Below the pieces are notes generated by a model that had not been told where the DNA came from, ran no database searches, and saw only the letters and a program-made list of their open reading frames with translations. A stretch of 64,000 bases of DNA from an uncultured Clostridia bacterium (lineage in GTDB: Bacteria; Bacillota; Clostridia; TANB77; CAG-465): NCBI GenBank assembly GCA_934130325.1, contig CAKOYA010000002.1, positions 16,098 to 80,097 on the forward strand, given 5' to 3'. Within the stretch, counting starts at the first letter, position 1. The number at the start of each line of letters is the position of its first letter. Positions 19,634-28,956 of the stretch are shown here, piece by piece. Position numbers and translations under genes: made by a program.

Positions 19634-20077
19634 ATGAAAGAAGAGTTATTAAATGATTTAAAAGAAGCAATGAAAAATAAGGATACTTTAAAAAAAGATA
19701 CAGTAACTTGTTTAAGGGCTGCCATTTTACAAGTAGAAAAAGATACCCAAAAATCTTTGTCTGAAGATGAAATGCATGCAATTGTAGCAAAAGAAGTGAA
19801 AAAAAGAAAAGAGTCAATTGAAGATTATGTTAAAGGTGGAAGAAATGATATAGTTGAAAATTTAAATAAGGAAATTGAAATTTTATCAAAGTATTTACCA
19901 GAACAATTATCAAAAGAAGATTTATTAAAATTAATTAATGAGGCTGTAGTTAGTACAAATTCAACATCTCCTAGAGATATTGGAAAGGTAATGCAGTATT
20001 TAAGACCAAAAACTGCTGGTAAAGCCGATGGAAAATTGATGAGTGATTTAGTAAAAGAAAAATTAAATAATTTGTAG
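19634..20077 (+). CDS. GatB/YqeY domain protein
   Basis: 147 aa with typical YqeY layout (LKEAMKNKD...KEIEILSKYLP). Confidence 0.75.
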   Translation: MKEELLNDLKEAMKNKDTLKKDTVTCLRAAILQVEKDTQKSLSEDEMHAIVAKEVKKRKESIEDYVKGGRNDIVENLNKEIEILSKYLPEQLSKEDLLKLINEAVVSTNSTSPRDIGKVMQYLRPKTAGKADGKLMSDLVKEKLNNL

Positions 20078-20130
20078 TTTATAAGAGCCAAGAAATTTTT
20101 ACTTGGCTTTTAAATTTATAGGAGGTTAGT

Positions 20131-21393
20131 ATGATAAATATATATAAGATAAATAAAGAGAAATTTAAAAGTGTATATATTTCTGTTAATTTTACAATGA
20201 ATGTAAATGAAAAAGGAATATCTGAGAGTGCAGTACTTGCATCACTGCTTTCAAAATCCTCTAAGAAGTATAAGAATCAAATAGAAATAGAAAAATATAT
20301 GTATGAGTTATTTGGTGCAGAATTTGATGTTAATGTTCAAAAATATGGTGATTTATATAATGTGGAATTTTTGATAGAGGCTATAAATAAAGATTTTTTA
20401 CCTGAAAATGAAGATGTAATAATAAAGTGTGTAAACTTTTTACATGATATAATAACTGAACCAAATTTAGAAAATAATACGTTTAGTAAAGATTTAGTTG
20501 AAAGAGAAAAAAAGGCGATATTAGAAAAAATAAAATCTAAAAAGGATGATAAACTAAGGTATTCTGTAACTAAAATGGAAGAAATTATGTGCAATGGTGA
20601 AAATTTTGGGGTGTATGTGTATGGTACTGAGAAAGTTGTATCACAAATAACATCTGAAGATTTGTATCAAAGATATATTTGGATGTTAAATAATTCATGT
20701 ATTACAGTTATTATTTCAGGAAATTTAAATGGATATGATAAAATCGATTGTGAAGTAAATAGAATTTTTAATGACATAAACAGTAATATTTCTTATGAAA
20801 ATCTTAACTTTAATAATAAACATGAAAAACATAATGATAAAGCTTTGAATGAGACTATTGAAAAAAGTGATACAACTCAGAGTGTTATAAGTATGGGATT
20901 AAAAGTAGAAGAGGCTTCAATTGAAGAGTTTTACATATTAAGTTTGTATAATGCAATATTAGGTTCAACTCCAAGTTCAAAGTTGTTTCAAAACTTTAGA
21001 GAAAAAGAATCTTTAGCATATACAGTAAGATCTAGATATTATAGATTTAAAGATATTATAATTATATATGCGGGTATAGAATCTGAGAATTTTAATAAAG
21101 CTAAGAAAGTAATAGAAAAAGAATTGAATGATATTGTCATTGGTAATATTACTGATGAAGAATTTAATGCTGCTAAAACTAGTGTTATATCGGACTTTAA
21201 TGAATGGGATGATTCAAAAGTTGCACTTGCAAAAATGTTGTTTGTAAATTTGATCATATATAAAAATGATCAGATATCTATAGAAAAAATGATAAATCTT
21301 ATTTCTAATGTGACAAAATCTCAAGTTATAGATATTGCTAAAAAAATTAAACTAAAGGAAATATTTTTATTAGGAGGTTCTGATTGTGAATAA
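20131..21393 (+). CDS. M16 (pitrilysin) family peptidase-like protein, no HxxEH (YmfF-like partner)
   Basis: Size and pairing with the downstream active M16 subunit. No zinc motif seen. Confidence 0.65.
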   Translation: MINIYKINKEKFKSVYISVNFTMNVNEKGISESAVLASLLSKSSKKYKNQIEIEKYMYELFGAEFDVNVQKYGDLYNVEFLIEAINKDFLPENEDVIIKCVNFLHDIITEPNLENNTFSKDLVEREKKAILEKIKSKKDDKLRYSVTKMEEIMCNGENFGVYVYGTEKVVSQITSEDLYQRYIWMLNNSCITVIISGNLNGYDKIDCEVNRIFNDINSNISYENLNFNNKHEKHNDKALNETIEKSDTTQSVISMGLKVEEASIEEFYILSLYNAILGSTPSSKLFQNFREKESLAYTVRSRYYRFKDIIIIYAGIESENFNKAKKVIEKELNDIVIGNITDEEFNAAKTSVISDFNEWDDSKVALAKMLFVNLIIYKNDQISIEKMINLISNVTKSQVIDIAKKIKLKEIFLLGGSDCE

Positions 21394-22672
21394 AATAGAG
21401 ATTAGTATTTCGGAAAAGTTAGGAGAAAATACATATAAATGTATTTTAAGTAATGGGCTAGAAATATATATATGTAAAAAGAATGGATTTAAGAAAAAAA
21501 TTGGAATGTTTGGTACAAAATATGGGTCTGTTACAAATGATTTTATAGATATACAAACTGGTGAAAGGAAAAATGTACCAGATGGAATAGCACATTTTTT
21601 AGAACATAAATTATTTGAGCAAGAAGGTGCTAATGCATTAGATTTATTTTCTAAAATAGGTGTATCGTCAAATGCATACACTACATTTGATCATACTGTA
21701 TATTATTTTGAAACAATTGATAAATTCGAACAAGGATTAGAATTATTAATAAAGCTTGTAAAAACACCATATTTTACTGATGAAAATGTACAAAAAGAGC
21801 AAGGGATAATTGCTCAAGAAATAAAAATGTACGATGATGATCCAAATTTTTCTGTTTATTTTAATGCATTAAAAGCTATGTATATTAATAATCCGGTAAG
21901 AATTGATATAGCTGGTACAGTGGAATCTATATCACATATAACTAAGGAGTATCTATATACCTGCTATAATACATTTTACAGTCCCCAAAATATGTTTATG
22001 GTAATAGTTGGAGATGTAGATGTAGAAAAAACAATTAATTTAATAGAGCAAAATCTTAAAATTTATGAAAAATACAATAATAAATCTGAAATAAAAAAAT
22101 TCTTTAAAGATGAACCTAAACAAGTATTCCAGAGGGAAATAGTACAAAAAATGGACATATATATGCCTCAGATATGTATAGGATATAAACTTGATGTTGT
22201 ATATGGAAATGAAATATTAAGAAGAAGCATTATTTGTGACTTTATTACAGATTTATATTTTTCTAAGATTACAGATTTTTTTAAAAAGGAATATTCAAAA
22301 GGTATACTGAATGATTCAATAAATTTTGATTATGAGGGTTCTGATTCTTTTTCTCATGTAATAATTAGTGGATATTCAAGTAATATTAATAAATTAAAAA
22401 GTGATTTATCTAATTATTTAGAAGAAATTAAGAATATTGAAATAGATGATGAAACATTTAAGATTATAAAGAATAAAAAAATAGGTGAGTCTATTAGAAG
22501 AGCTGATAATTTAGGAATAAGTTATAGAAGGATAATAGAGAGCTTATTAAATAATTACGATGTTTATGAGGATATAAAAATATTAGAAAGTATAAAAAAA
22601 GAAGATATAAAGGACTTTCTAAATTTATTAACTTTGAATAGGCAAGTTATATCTATATTAGAACAAAAATAA
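21386..22672 (+). CDS. M16 family zinc peptidase (YmfH-like)
   Basis: HFLEH zinc motif (GIAHFLEHKLFE). GTG start after GGAGG, overlapping the upstream gene. Confidence 0.8.
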   Translation: MNKIEISISEKLGENTYKCILSNGLEIYICKKNGFKKKIGMFGTKYGSVTNDFIDIQTGERKNVPDGIAHFLEHKLFEQEGANALDLFSKIGVSSNAYTTFDHTVYYFETIDKFEQGLELLIKLVKTPYFTDENVQKEQGIIAQEIKMYDDDPNFSVYFNALKAMYINNPVRIDIAGTVESISHITKEYLYTCYNTFYSPQNMFMVIVGDVDVEKTINLIEQNLKIYEKYNNKSEIKKFFKDEPKQVFQREIVQKMDIYMPQICIGYKLDVVYGNEILRRSIICDFITDLYFSKITDFFKKEYSKGILNDSINFDYEGSDSFSHVIISGYSSNINKLKSDLSNYLEEIKNIEIDDETFKIIKNKKIGESIRRADNLGISYRRIIESLLNNYDVYEDIKILESIKKEDIKDFLNLLTLNRQVISILEQK

Positions 22673-22761
22673 GATATTTTTAGAAGCATATATTTAATTT
22701 TATTAAAAATTGAGTATATGCTTTTATTATTTATTAAGTATAATAAACCAAATAATGCATA

Positions 22762-22784
22762 ATATATATATATATATATATATA
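22762..22784. repeat. (AT)11 dinucleotide microsatellite
   Basis: Uninterrupted alternating AT run in the intergenic region. Confidence 0.95.
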
Positions 22785-22803
22785 CTTTATTATGTAAAAA
22801 TAA

Positions 22804-22832
22804 TGTCGAAAATTACTAGAAATAATGTCGAA
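22804..22832 (+). promoter_or_regulatory. two direct Spo0A-box matches (TGTCGAA) 22 bp apart
   Basis: AATAATGTCGAAA repeated at 22798-22810 and 22820-22832, 30-60 bp upstream of the -35 of the spo0E-like gene. Confidence 0.55.
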
Positions 22833-22861
22833 ACTTGCGTTCGATTTTTTGACAACAAATA

Positions 22862-22890
22862 TTGACAAGGTAAGTCGTAAGTGGTATAAA
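22862..22890 (+). promoter_or_regulatory. sigma-A promoter of the spo0E-like gene
   Basis: TTGACA (22862-22867), 17-bp spacer, TATAAA (22885-22890). Confidence 0.55.
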
Positions 22891-22914
22891 TATGTTGTAG
22901 AGGAGATGACTAAT

Positions 22915-23076
22915 ATGGTTGTTGAAGAGATTAATTTGTTGAAAAAACAATTAGAGAGTCAAATAATAAAAGAAGACTCATATGATTTAATATATGAGAC
23001 TAGTGTAAAAATAGATAAATTATTAATAGATTATTATAATCAATTAGGTTCAATTAAAAAAGATTTAAACTACTAA
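22915..23076 (+). CDS. Spo0E-family aspartyl-phosphate phosphatase (sporulation regulator)
   Basis: About 53 aa: INLLKKQLESQI...SVKIDKLLIDYY, a Spo0E-like helical hairpin. The track ORF starts at 22825, upstream of the predicted promoter. ATG 22915 follows GAGGAG. Confidence 0.6.
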   Translation: MVVEEINLLKKQLESQIIKEDSYDLIYETSVKIDKLLIDYYNQLGSIKKDLNY

Positions 23077-23476
23077 GATTAATATTCAAGAATATCATAC
23101 CTAGCACTATTATCAGGCTATAGTTGCAATTATTATCAAGTAAAAGCAAGAATATTATTCCAATAATAATAAGATCGTCAATTTCAAAATTAAATCCAAA
23201 TAATGATATAGTACTATCTTGTACTGAAAAATTTGAATTTCTTTTTTTAATGTTTTCATTTTTATTTTCTTGTTTATCATTTTTGTTAGTATTTTCATTA
23301 AAATTTTGAGTATTGGTTTTATTGGAATCTTCTGTAGTTTCTAATTTTTTACTGATTTCTTTGTATTCAATATCGGATGTTTTTTTTAATTCTTGGTACA
23401 AGGTAGGATTATATCTATTTATATTGTTATAATAATTATTAGTATATCTATTATAATATGGATATGTGTTAAACAT
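23054..23476 (-). CDS. hypothetical Asn/Tyr-rich protein with C-terminal TM anchor
   Basis: Low-complexity N/Y/K-rich N-terminal part. Hydrophobic C-terminus LIIIGIIFLLLL...IIVLGMIFL. Confidence 0.45.
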   Translation of the reverse strand: MFNTYPYYNRYTNNYYNNINRYNPTLYQELKKTSDIEYKEISKKLETTEDSNKTNTQNFNENTNKNDKQENKNENIKKRNSNFSVQDSTISLFGFNFEIDDLIIIGIIFLLLLDNNCNYSLIIVLGMIFLNINLSSLNLF

Positions 23477-23941
23477 TTAATCACTACCTTTACTACCAAA
23501 AATATCTATTGCATCTATTAAAGAGAGTATGGTCATATATTCCCCAAATTTATCTTGTCTAGATTTCCTTAAAAATGGTTTTAATGATCTTAGTAGATCT
23601 TTTTTAGGATCATTTTTAGTAAAATTAGATATTAATCTTTGAATTTTGAAGATTGTATTAGGATCTATATCACCAAAATTAAAACTGTTATTTTCTTCTT
23701 TTGATTGGTTATTACCATTAAGGTTCAAACTACTTAGTATGCTTGAAAGATCAATATTATTTAACATAGATTGCGGATTATCTATATTTAAATTGGTATC
23801 TGGGTTAGTATTAGTGTTATTATTTTCTTTCAATTCTGATTGTTCAGTATTGTCTTGAGTGTTAATCTTTGCTTGAATACTTTGTATTAAATCATAAATA
23901 TTTTTTTGATTTTCTTGATTTAAGGATTTTGTATTATCCAT
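23477..23941 (-). CDS. hypothetical Asn-rich protein
   Basis: ORF tightly packed between two neighbours in the same operon. The C-terminal ~50 aa are not low-complexity. Confidence 0.45.
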   Translation of the reverse strand: MDNTKSLNQENQKNIYDLIQSIQAKINTQDNTEQSELKENNNTNTNPDTNLNIDNPQSMLNNIDLSSILSSLNLNGNNQSKEENNSFNFGDIDPNTIFKIQRLISNFTKNDPKKDLLRSLKPFLRKSRQDKFGEYMTILSLIDAIDIFGSKGSD

Positions 23942-23943
23942 AA

Positions 23944-24123
23944 TTATGTATTTGAATTATTATTTTTAGTTTTAAGCATTCCAACAAGATTATTTAAATC
24001 ATCACTAGACATATTTTGTACCATTTTGCTTACTTGATCAAGTTTAGTTTTATCTATATTTGCTAATAGTTCAACTAATTTTGAATTTAAAATATTTCCC
24101 ATATCATTTGAATTATTATTCAT
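23944..24123 (-). CDS. hypothetical small Asn-rich protein
   Basis: AAGGAG RBS 9 nt before ATG 24123. First gene of a 3-gene minus-strand unit. Confidence 0.4.
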   Translation of the reverse strand: MNNNSNDMGNILNSKLVELLANIDKTKLDQVSKMVQNMSSDDLNNLVGMLKTKNNNSNT

Positions 24124-24215
24124 ATTATTCATCTCCTTAACTTTGTTATATATTAATTATATGCTACTAATAGTAAAACTGTGCATAAAAATAATATATA
24201 TATAACTTAATTTTT

Positions 24216-24222
24216 TGTCGAA
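24216..24222 (+). promoter_or_regulatory. Spo0A-box match in the divergent intergenic region
   Basis: TGTCGAAATTTGCG matches TGTCGAAACTTGCG at 22826-22839 in 13 of 14 positions. Confidence 0.45.
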
Positions 24223-24251
24223 ATTTGCGATGAAAAAATATATAAAATATA

Positions 24252-24280
24252 TTGACACATAACATAATCTGTGCAATAAT
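24252..24280 (+). promoter_or_regulatory. sigma-A promoter of the VirB4/Tad-like operon
   Basis: TTGACA (24252-24257), 17-bp spacer, TGCAATAAT extended -10 (24272-24280). Confidence 0.6.
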
Positions 24281-24304
24281 GTATATACAAAAAGGAGGTA
24301 TATC

Positions 24305-24814
24305 ATTAAATTTAAAGAAATAGATAACTTATATAAAATTAAAAATATAACAGATGATTATATTGTAACTCAGATAAATAATAGCATTGAAAATGTATAT
24401 ATTTATGAAATAATTCCTGTACTATTACTTGACATGTCTAGTAATATTCAATTAAATATAATTAATATATATAATCAATTTTTAAGGCTATGTAATTTTA
24501 ACTTTGAAATCTTAATTTTAAATAAACGACTAGATATAGAAAAATATATAAAAGAATATTACCTTAATTATAGTAAAATTTCTGAGGATATATATTTAAA
24601 ATATATTCAAGACATTAGTAATAAATTAAGGCAGGAAGATATGTATGAAACAAAAATGTATATTATAGTTTCAGATAATTTTAAAGTTAAATCTAGTATT
24701 GGAGATTATGAAAAAGTTATATACAGACTTGATGAGATTGGATGTAAAGTAAGAAAAATAAATACAAAAAAAGAGTACGAAGAATTATTATATAAGTGTA
24801 TAAATAAGGTTTAG
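24305..24814 (+). CDS. VirB4-type ATPase N-terminal-domain protein (separate polypeptide), probable ATT start
   Basis: The frame is open from 24263. A perfect AGGAGG (24294-24299) lies 5 nt before ATT 24305. There is no ATG/GTG/TTG until 24434, which has no RBS. The N-terminus IKFKEIDNLYKIKNITDDYIVTQINNSIENVYIYEIIP resembles Gram-positive VirB4 N-termini. Confidence 0.55.
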   Translation: MKFKEIDNLYKIKNITDDYIVTQINNSIENVYIYEIIPVLLLDMSSNIQLNIINIYNQFLRLCNFNFEILILNKRLDIEKYIKEYYLNYSKISEDIYLKYIQDISNKLRQEDMYETKMYIIVSDNFKVKSSIGDYEKVIYRLDEIGCKVRKINTKKEYEELLYKCINKV

Positions 24815-24826
24815 AGGAAAAAAATA

Positions 24827-26575
24827 ATGAATAATGAAAAAATTAAGTATAGTGTATATCCAGCTTGTTTAGATAATACAAATTTTAAATGTTTAAAGTT
24901 AGATGATAAGTATGTAATTAGCATAGATATATATGATTATCCATCTTATATTACTTTTTTAGAGATAATTGAATCTATAGATAAAAATAATATGTACGAT
25001 ATGAGCATATATATTCAAAAACAGGATACATTAAAAGTATTAAAAGAATTATCATATTATATATCAAGTTCAAAATCTGAAATAAAAACTTCAAATGAAA
25101 ATCAAATAGATATTGATATATTAAATAAACAAGAATTAGATGCAAGAAATTTAAGGAAAAATATACAAATTAATAATGAGGAAGTTTTTAAATTAAATAT
25201 TATTATAACTTTTTATTCTAAAAATAAAGAAGAATTATTTTCAATAGTAAAATTGTTTCAAAGTAAACTTTTTTCACATCAAATTTATTCAAATATAACT
25301 AATTTTAGAAATTTAGATTCATATTTAGCAACATTACCATTAAACAATTATTCTAATAATATAATGAAAAAATTATATAAAAATATTACTACATCTGCTT
25401 TGTGTAATATATTTCCTTTTTATACCAAAACTGTTTTTGATAAAAATGGAATAGTTTTTGGATATACAAAAAATGATAATAGATTATGTATAATTGATAT
25501 TTTTGACAATAATTATTTAAACTCAAATGTTACTATATTTGGTAGTAGCGGAAGTGGAAAATCATACTTTACAAAATTATTAATACTTAGACATTTTTTA
25601 AAAGGAAAAATACAATACGTATTTGATTTAGAAGCAGAATATATTTTTTTAGCTCAAAAACTTGGAATACAAATATTAGACTTTAGTAATAACTTGAAAA
25701 AAGAATATATTAATATTTTTGAAATTACTAAAGAGGATATTTCAATTAATGGAAATAATTTTTTTGAAGAAAAGATACAAGAAATTATTTTATTTATAGA
25801 GAGTATTGTACATTTAGAAGAAGTTGAAAAGGAAAGTTTAAAAACAGCTATTATTAAAGTATATTCAGAAAAGTATATAAATGGAAATTTGGAAAGTTTA
25901 TATAAAAAAAATAGTCAAAATTCTATTTATGTAGAAAAAACTATAAAATCTAATAATGAATTTCCTTGTTTAAAAGATATCGTTAAATATTTAAAAAATA
26001 ACAAAACAATAAAAAAGATTAATATTATAATAAATGAGTATGAAATATTTTCGGATCATTCCACTATAGATTTCAATTTTGGATGTGTATTTTGTACAGC
26101 TAATTTAAGCGGAGAAAAATTAAGTATTATAACGCAATATTTGTTACGTAAAATAAATAAAAATTTAAAAAGTCAATTATATACTAAAGAAGTTTTAATA
26201 TATATAGATGAAATTTGGAAATATATAAATTACAAGGATAATGCAGTTGGTATGTTAATATCGCAAATGTATAAAACAATAAGAAAGAAAAAAGCAAGTA
26301 TTATATGTATTACACAAGATATGTCCGATTTTTTTAAACTTGAAAAAGGAAGTTATGGTAAGAGTATACTAAATAATTCTGAGTTTAAAATATTTTTTAA
26401 AATTGAATTTTCAGATACTGAATTATTTGAAAAATTAAATATAATGACAAAACAAAATTTGGAAAAAATAGTTAGGCTTGAAAAGGGGAGTATGTTATTG
26501 GGTTTTTGTAATTGTGCATCAATTTTAAAAGTAAAGTCTAGTGATTATGAAAATGAGTTGATAGAAGGAGGATAA
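24827..26575 (+). CDS. VirB4/TrsE-like type IV secretion ATPase (C-terminal ATPase part)
   Basis: Walker A FGSSGSGKSYF, Walker B LIYIDEIWKYI, RKKKASIICITQDMSDF, ILNNSEFKIFF (typical VirB4 signature blocks). Confidence 0.8.
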   Translation: MNNEKIKYSVYPACLDNTNFKCLKLDDKYVISIDIYDYPSYITFLEIIESIDKNNMYDMSIYIQKQDTLKVLKELSYYISSSKSEIKTSNENQIDIDILNKQELDARNLRKNIQINNEEVFKLNIIITFYSKNKEELFSIVKLFQSKLFSHQIYSNITNFRNLDSYLATLPLNNYSNNIMKKLYKNITTSALCNIFPFYTKTVFDKNGIVFGYTKNDNRLCIIDIFDNNYLNSNVTIFGSSGSGKSYFTKLLILRHFLKGKIQYVFDLEAEYIFLAQKLGIQILDFSNNLKKEYINIFEITKEDISINGNNFFEEKIQEIILFIESIVHLEEVEKESLKTAIIKVYSEKYINGNLESLYKKNSQNSIYVEKTIKSNNEFPCLKDIVKYLKNNKTIKKINIIINEYEIFSDHSTIDFNFGCVFCTANLSGEKLSIITQYLLRKINKNLKSQLYTKEVLIYIDEIWKYINYKDNAVGMLISQMYKTIRKKKASIICITQDMSDFFKLEKGSYGKSILNNSEFKIFFKIEFSDTELFEKLNIMTKQNLEKIVRLEKGSMLLGFCNCASILKVKSSDYENELIEGG

Positions 26576-26576
26576 A

Positions 26577-27794
26577 ATGAATGTATTAGTAGCATTAAAT
26601 AATAAAGAAATTAAATCTAAAATAGATGACGTATTTAATGAAAGAGTATATTTGTATGACATTGATTTAAAGGAAAATGTGATTGAATTTTTATCTAAGA
26701 ATAAAGGTGAATATATAGTTGTTACAAGAGATAATTTACCCGGTAATATTGATGAAAAATTATATATAAAACAAATGAAAATTGCTAATAAAGATATAAG
26801 AATTATATATATTGTTGAAAAATTAACAAATGAATATAAGGAATTCCTATTTGCTAATGAGGTATTTAATATAATTGAAGGAGAGGTAATAAATGTAGAT
26901 GAGATTATTTCAAGTATAATTGAAGATGAAAAAGTTGTATATTTAGATAACAATATTAAAGTAAATGAACCCGCTGAAAAATATGTAATAAAAAATAACG
27001 CTGTTTCAAAGGAAATAATTGCAGTTTATGGAACAAGTGGAAGTGGAAAATCAATAGTATCAAGTATAATCTCAAAAAATATTTCTAAAAATTTTAATCT
27101 CAAAGTATCATTATTAGATATGGATATTCAAAATCCCTCAATCGATATAATTAATAATATTAATCCTAACGAATCATCATTAACTCAAATAGTTGAAAAT
27201 ATTGATAACTCAAACGAGGTAAATGATATAATTTCAAAATATATGATAAAGGATGCAAAAAATAAAAATTTATGGTATATAACAAATAATTGTAGTTTAT
27301 TTGAATGCCAAAATAGACTATCAAATAAATATTATGAAAAAATATATGGAAGTGTATATAATAAATCTGATTATATAGTAATTGATTTACCATCTTCACC
27401 ATTTTTGGATGTAGTTCCATATACTTTAACAATAGCAAGTAAAATAATGTTTGTAGTAAATGCAAATTATATGAGCATAAGGCAGGCTATAAAATATATT
27501 GAATTAATAACAAAGTTTTGGGACAATGAAAATGGTAAAATATATATCATTGTAAATAAAATGCAAAGAGACTCGCTAGATATAAAGCAAATAGAATCAT
27601 TACTTTCTGGATATAAAATTATAGCAATATTTGATTATTATAAGGAAATGGAAGGCTATATAAATGGTGGAATAAGTGAATTAAATGTTAATACTAATTT
27701 AGATAAACTTTATAATATTTTGGGATTGAAAGAAAATAAAAGTAATGGGATTATTAAATTTATAAATAGGATTGGTAAAAAATATGTTGATTAA
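26577..27794 (+). CDS. TadZ/CpaE-like ParA/MinD-family ATPase with degenerate receiver-like N-domain
   Basis: N-terminal REC-like fold without the DD pair (VLVALNN). P-loop AVYGTSGSGKS. MDIQNPS switch region. Confidence 0.7.
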   Translation: MNVLVALNNKEIKSKIDDVFNERVYLYDIDLKENVIEFLSKNKGEYIVVTRDNLPGNIDEKLYIKQMKIANKDIRIIYIVEKLTNEYKEFLFANEVFNIIEGEVINVDEIISSIIEDEKVVYLDNNIKVNEPAEKYVIKNNAVSKEIIAVYGTSGSGKSIVSSIISKNISKNFNLKVSLLDMDIQNPSIDIINNINPNESSLTQIVENIDNSNEVNDIISKYMIKDAKNKNLWYITNNCSLFECQNRLSNKYYEKIYGSVYNKSDYIVIDLPSSPFLDVVPYTLTIASKIMFVVNANYMSIRQAIKYIELITKFWDNENGKIYIIVNKMQRDSLDIKQIESLLSGYKIIAIFDYYKEMEGYINGGISELNVNTNLDKLYNILGLKENKSNGIIKFINRIGKKYVD

Positions 27795-28956
27795 TCCTTT
27801 TGAAGTAAAGTATAGCCCAAAAAAATTTAAAACTAAGAAGAATACTGTTGAAAGTGTGGATATTGATGAAGTTATAAATTATATAACTGTTAATTATTCA
27901 AGATATATAAAGGATGAAAATAAAAAATTTTTTGAAGATAAAATTAAAGAATATATCTGCTTAAAATATTTTTTACCAGATAATTTTAACTATACTGATA
28001 TAATTAATAAAGTCATAGATAAAATATTTGGATATGGAATATTACAAAAATATATAGATAATAACGAAATCACGGATATAAGAGTAGTTCAATATGACGT
28101 TGTATATATAAAGCAAATGGGAAAATGGAAAAAAGTAGAGGAAAGTTTTTGTAGTAGGGAAGAGTTTAGAGAATATATTATTTATACTATAACTAAAAAT
28201 AATAAAACTATTAATTATGATAATCCAATTATAGTAGTAAGTGATAAGAAAAATAAATTAAGATTGGAGGCGGGAATTTCTCCAGTTAATGCGCTAGATG
28301 ATAGTTTAGTTATTAGAATACACAGATATACTGATAATTTAACATTGTTAGATTTGTTAAACCAATACAAAATGTTAGATAGAATGTCATATAAAGTGCT
28401 TATAGAAATTTTAAATAAATATAAGAATATTATTATTGCTGGAAAGGGAGGAAGTGGAAAAACTACTCTATTAAGAGCAATATTAAAACAGATTCCGGAT
28501 AATGTTTCAGTATCTGTTAATGAAGAAACAAGTGAATTATATATAAAGAATAAGAATTTAATTCAAAGAGAAGTAATAATTGACAAGGAGAAAAATAATG
28601 TAACATTAGAAAAATTATTGAAACATAGTCTGGTAATGTCAAATGATGTATTAGTAGTAGGTGAATTAAAAGGGGGAGAAACTTCTATTTTTATTGATGC
28701 TATAAGTACTGGACATATGGGTCTTGCAACTGTTCATTCTAATTCTATTTATAATGTGATAGATAGACTTACTTTACTTTTTAAAAGAGATAAAAAAGCT
28801 GAAAAATATAGTGAAGAGTTTATACAAAATTTATTATATAATAGCATCAATTATATTATATATATGAAGGATTTTAAAATAAGTAGTATAGGTAAAGTAA
28901 GCGTAAATAACAAAAATAAGTATTATGTTAAGGAGATTTACAAACTAAATGTTTAA
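27784..28956 (+). CDS. CpaF/TadA/VirB11-family secretion ATPase
   Basis: ITDIRV, Walker A AGKGGSGKTTLLRA, VVGELKGGE, GHMGLATVHSNS (T2SSE family blocks). Confidence 0.85.
   Translation: MLINPFEVKYSPKKFKTKKNTVESVDIDEVINYITVNYSRYIKDENKKFFEDKIKEYICLKYFLPDNFNYTDIINKVIDKIFGYGILQKYIDNNEITDIRVVQYDVVYIKQMGKWKKVEESFCSREEFREYIIYTITKNNKTINYDNPIIVVSDKKNKLRLEAGISPVNALDDSLVIRIHRYTDNLTLLDLLNQYKMLDRMSYKVLIEILNKYKNIIIAGKGGSGKTTLLRAILKQIPDNVSVSVNEETSELYIKNKNLIQREVIIDKEKNNVTLEKLLKHSLVMSNDVLVVGELKGGETSIFIDAISTGHMGLATVHSNSIYNVIDRLTLLFKRDKKAEKYSEEFIQNLLYNSINYIIYMKDFKISSIGKVSVNNKNKYYVKEIYKLNV

Noticed and set aside
22825-22914. Long N-terminal extension of the spo0E-like ORF (start at 22825)
   Set aside because: That start lies upstream of the best promoter (22862-22890) and within the 0A-box region. 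The short form has an RBS and the size typical of Spo0E proteins.
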